Of a stretch of 64,000 nucleotides of DNA, positions 62,185 to 64,000 are shown piece by piece. Location of the stretch: NCBI RefSeq assembly GCF_018350175.1, contig NC_058368.1, positions 118,298,001-118,362,000 of the forward strand, given 5' to 3'. Position 1 is the stretch's first letter. Every line of letters starts with the position of its first letter. A program made the translations under genes and the position numbers. Below the pieces are notes generated by a model, which did not search any database, was not told the DNA's origin, and worked only from the letters and a program-made list of their open reading frames with translations. This stretch comes from Felis catus (taxonomy: Eukaryota).

Positions 62185-62381
62185 ATATTTTTAAGTTTAT
62201 TTCTTTATTGAGCGGGGTGGGGGCGGGGGGAAGCGGGGACGGAGAAAAGGGAAGAGAGAGAATCCCAAGCAGTCTCCACACTGTCAGCGCAGAGCCCAAT
62301 GTGGGGCTCAAAATCATGAACCATGAAATCATGACCTGAGCCAAAGTCAGAGGCTTAACTGACTAAGCCACCCAGGTGCCC
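62185..62381 (-). mobile_element. CanSINE
   Basis: Antisense SINE within an L2 fragment. Confidence 0.88.
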
Positions 62382-62888
62382 CTCAAATTTATATTTTTAA
62401 AAGATAACTTTGGCAGCTGGGCAGAGACTAGTTTGTGCAAGGGCGCAAGTGGAAGCAGGAGGCCGCTGAGAAGCTGCCACCATGGTCCAGGGGAGACCAT
62501 GGCTCTCTGGTGGCAGCAAGAGAAGGCTGTCCTCCCACAGGAGACTGCCATCAGCGTTAGTGTTTTGCTATTGCCTGCAAAAGCAGAATGACTTCCTTTC
62601 CCACTTACCATAAACATTTTAATTATCCTCTGTCTCATTTCCCTTTTTATTTATGAATAAACATATGCATTTCCCCACCAAGTTATTTTAAATGTTATGC
62701 TCTGTCAGTCAGATTAATTTGTGTTTGTGAGTACTTTTGTGACAGGCTCTCTTTTTCCCAACTTCCATTCGTGTTGGGTATTTCAGAACCTCACTCCCTT
62801 CTCTTGCCTCTCTCTTCTTTTTTTCTTCTTGTAAGGCTTGCATCTGGGCAAATCCTGTCCCCGTTTTGGGGTAAATTCCTCTTTGTGC

Positions 62889-63190
62889 TGTTAAAAGAGA
62901 AAGTGAGGCATGTTAAAACTTGGAGAGTTTATTTGGGTGAAAGTCTATTGGAGTCAGGCAGCTCCAAACCGGAAGTGGTTGTGAGAGCTCCACTGACTGG
63001 AGCTGGGGAAAGACTTCGAGAAGGTACAGAAGCCAAGGGAGGAAGGTGTTTGGCCACAGCTCAAAGCCTCCTTGGCTGTCTGTGATTGGTCGTCCTTAGG
63101 TTTTGGTTTCGTAACCTGGGGGCATATGCTTGCTTGCCACCAGGCATCAGAGCCACCTCAGTGTAATGTCTCCTTATTCAGTTAGCTTCC
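62889..63190 (-). mobile_element. Solo LTR, probably carnivore ERV1-class
   Basis: Starts TGTTAAAAGAG, has GAGTTTATTTG (antisense poly(A) signal region) and GATTGG (antisense CCAAT); about 300 bp. Family is not certain. Confidence 0.55.
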
Positions 63191-63296
63191 TGTCTAAGTA
63201 AAGACTGCCACAATAAAAGTCAGGCATACTTAGTCATAACCCTGCATTGCTTAAGCACCTATTGTATGTCAGGCACCAAATTAAAAATTTGCCTCA

Positions 63297-63517
63297 GGGG
63301 CGCCTGGGTGGCGCAGTCGGTTAAGCGTCCGACTTCAGCCAGGTCACGATCTCGCGGTCCGTGAGTTCGAGCCCCGCGTCGGGCTCTGGGCTGATGATGG
63401 CTCGGAGCCTGGAGCCTGTTTCCGATTCTGTGTCTCCCTCTCTCTCTGCCCCTCGCCCGTTCATGCTCTGTCTCTCTCTGTCCCCAAAATAAATAAACGT
63501 TGAAAAAAAAATTAAAA
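63297..63517 (+). mobile_element. Young felid CanSINE
   Basis: CpG-rich, near-identical to the 3453 and 37065 copies; perfect TSD aaaaatttgcctca. Confidence 0.95.
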
Positions 63518-64000
63518 AAAAAATTTGCCTCATATAGTTCTCATGAGAGTCCTGTGACGTGGGTGCTTCTACTGTGCCCATTTTACAGAAAGAGCAAAGC
63601 TCTGGGAAACTAAGCAGATGTCCCCGGGCCTCGTGCTAGAGTGGGAGGCAGAGCCAACATCCAGACCCAGGCCGTCTGATTGATGAGCCACCTCACCCCT
63701 GCCCGCCCCATGGCTGGTTGGTTTAGTCTTAGCTGACCCAGTTTGAGAGCAGAAGGACGGAGAACTGTGTGAGAATACACTATATACACTTCCTTTCTCT
63801 GTGCCTAAGTGAAGTCAACAACATACAAATTCAAGTTCTAATGCAAATACGCAGCGATTTGTTGGCTGAGTGAAGCCTTTCGGGCATTTTCTGTAGCAAG
63901 TCTATGGCTCCGAGGGTGAGACTAGGCCTTGATTGAATGTGACATTGCTGTCAGTCCCGATTTGTGCTTACAGATGAGTGACGGTCCCTGGAGGCCCCAT

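Noticed and set aside
3439..63581. Recurrent ORFs such as MAQSVKRPT... and RARRGARTPG...
   Set aside because: They are translations of CanSINE copies, not a gene family.
1..64000. CRISPR arrays, operons, rRNA or true tRNA genes
   Set aside because: The sequence is mammalian. There is no repeat-spacer array, and tRNA-like A/B boxes occur only as SINE heads.

Overview
Mammalian DNA from a felid, judged by about 35 carnivore tRNA-derived SINEs (CanSINE/SINEC_Fc type) and a felid-type L1 3' end. It is non-coding and repeat-rich, and I find no intact protein-coding exon. From recalled human sequence, the window holds the 5' untranslated end of FGF1 on the minus strand. Exon 1A (~26873-27200) carries the FGF1 IRES-A region and two upstream AUGs. 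Exon 1B (~16690-16840) has its promoter, including the RR2 E-box/RFX element at 17266-17291. The FGF1 coding exons should lie to the left of the window. Upstream of FGF1 are a full-length decayed TPT1 processed pseudogene (37674-38748, minus; inside an L1 and itself hit by a SINE) and an old, internally deleted ERV-L provirus (~55280-59200, minus) with recognisable gag, RT and RNase H. Smaller oddities include an exact 47-bp templated duplication 1600 bp apart, a ~50-bp poly(A)-tailed micro-retrocopy inside the ERV-L RT, repeated reuse of the same retrotransposon target sites, and a candidate TEAD/FOX/AP-1 enhancer with possible antisense splice sites next to promoter 1B. I see no clear new biological system. 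All homology calls come from memory and have not been run against a database; repeat boundaries are approximate.
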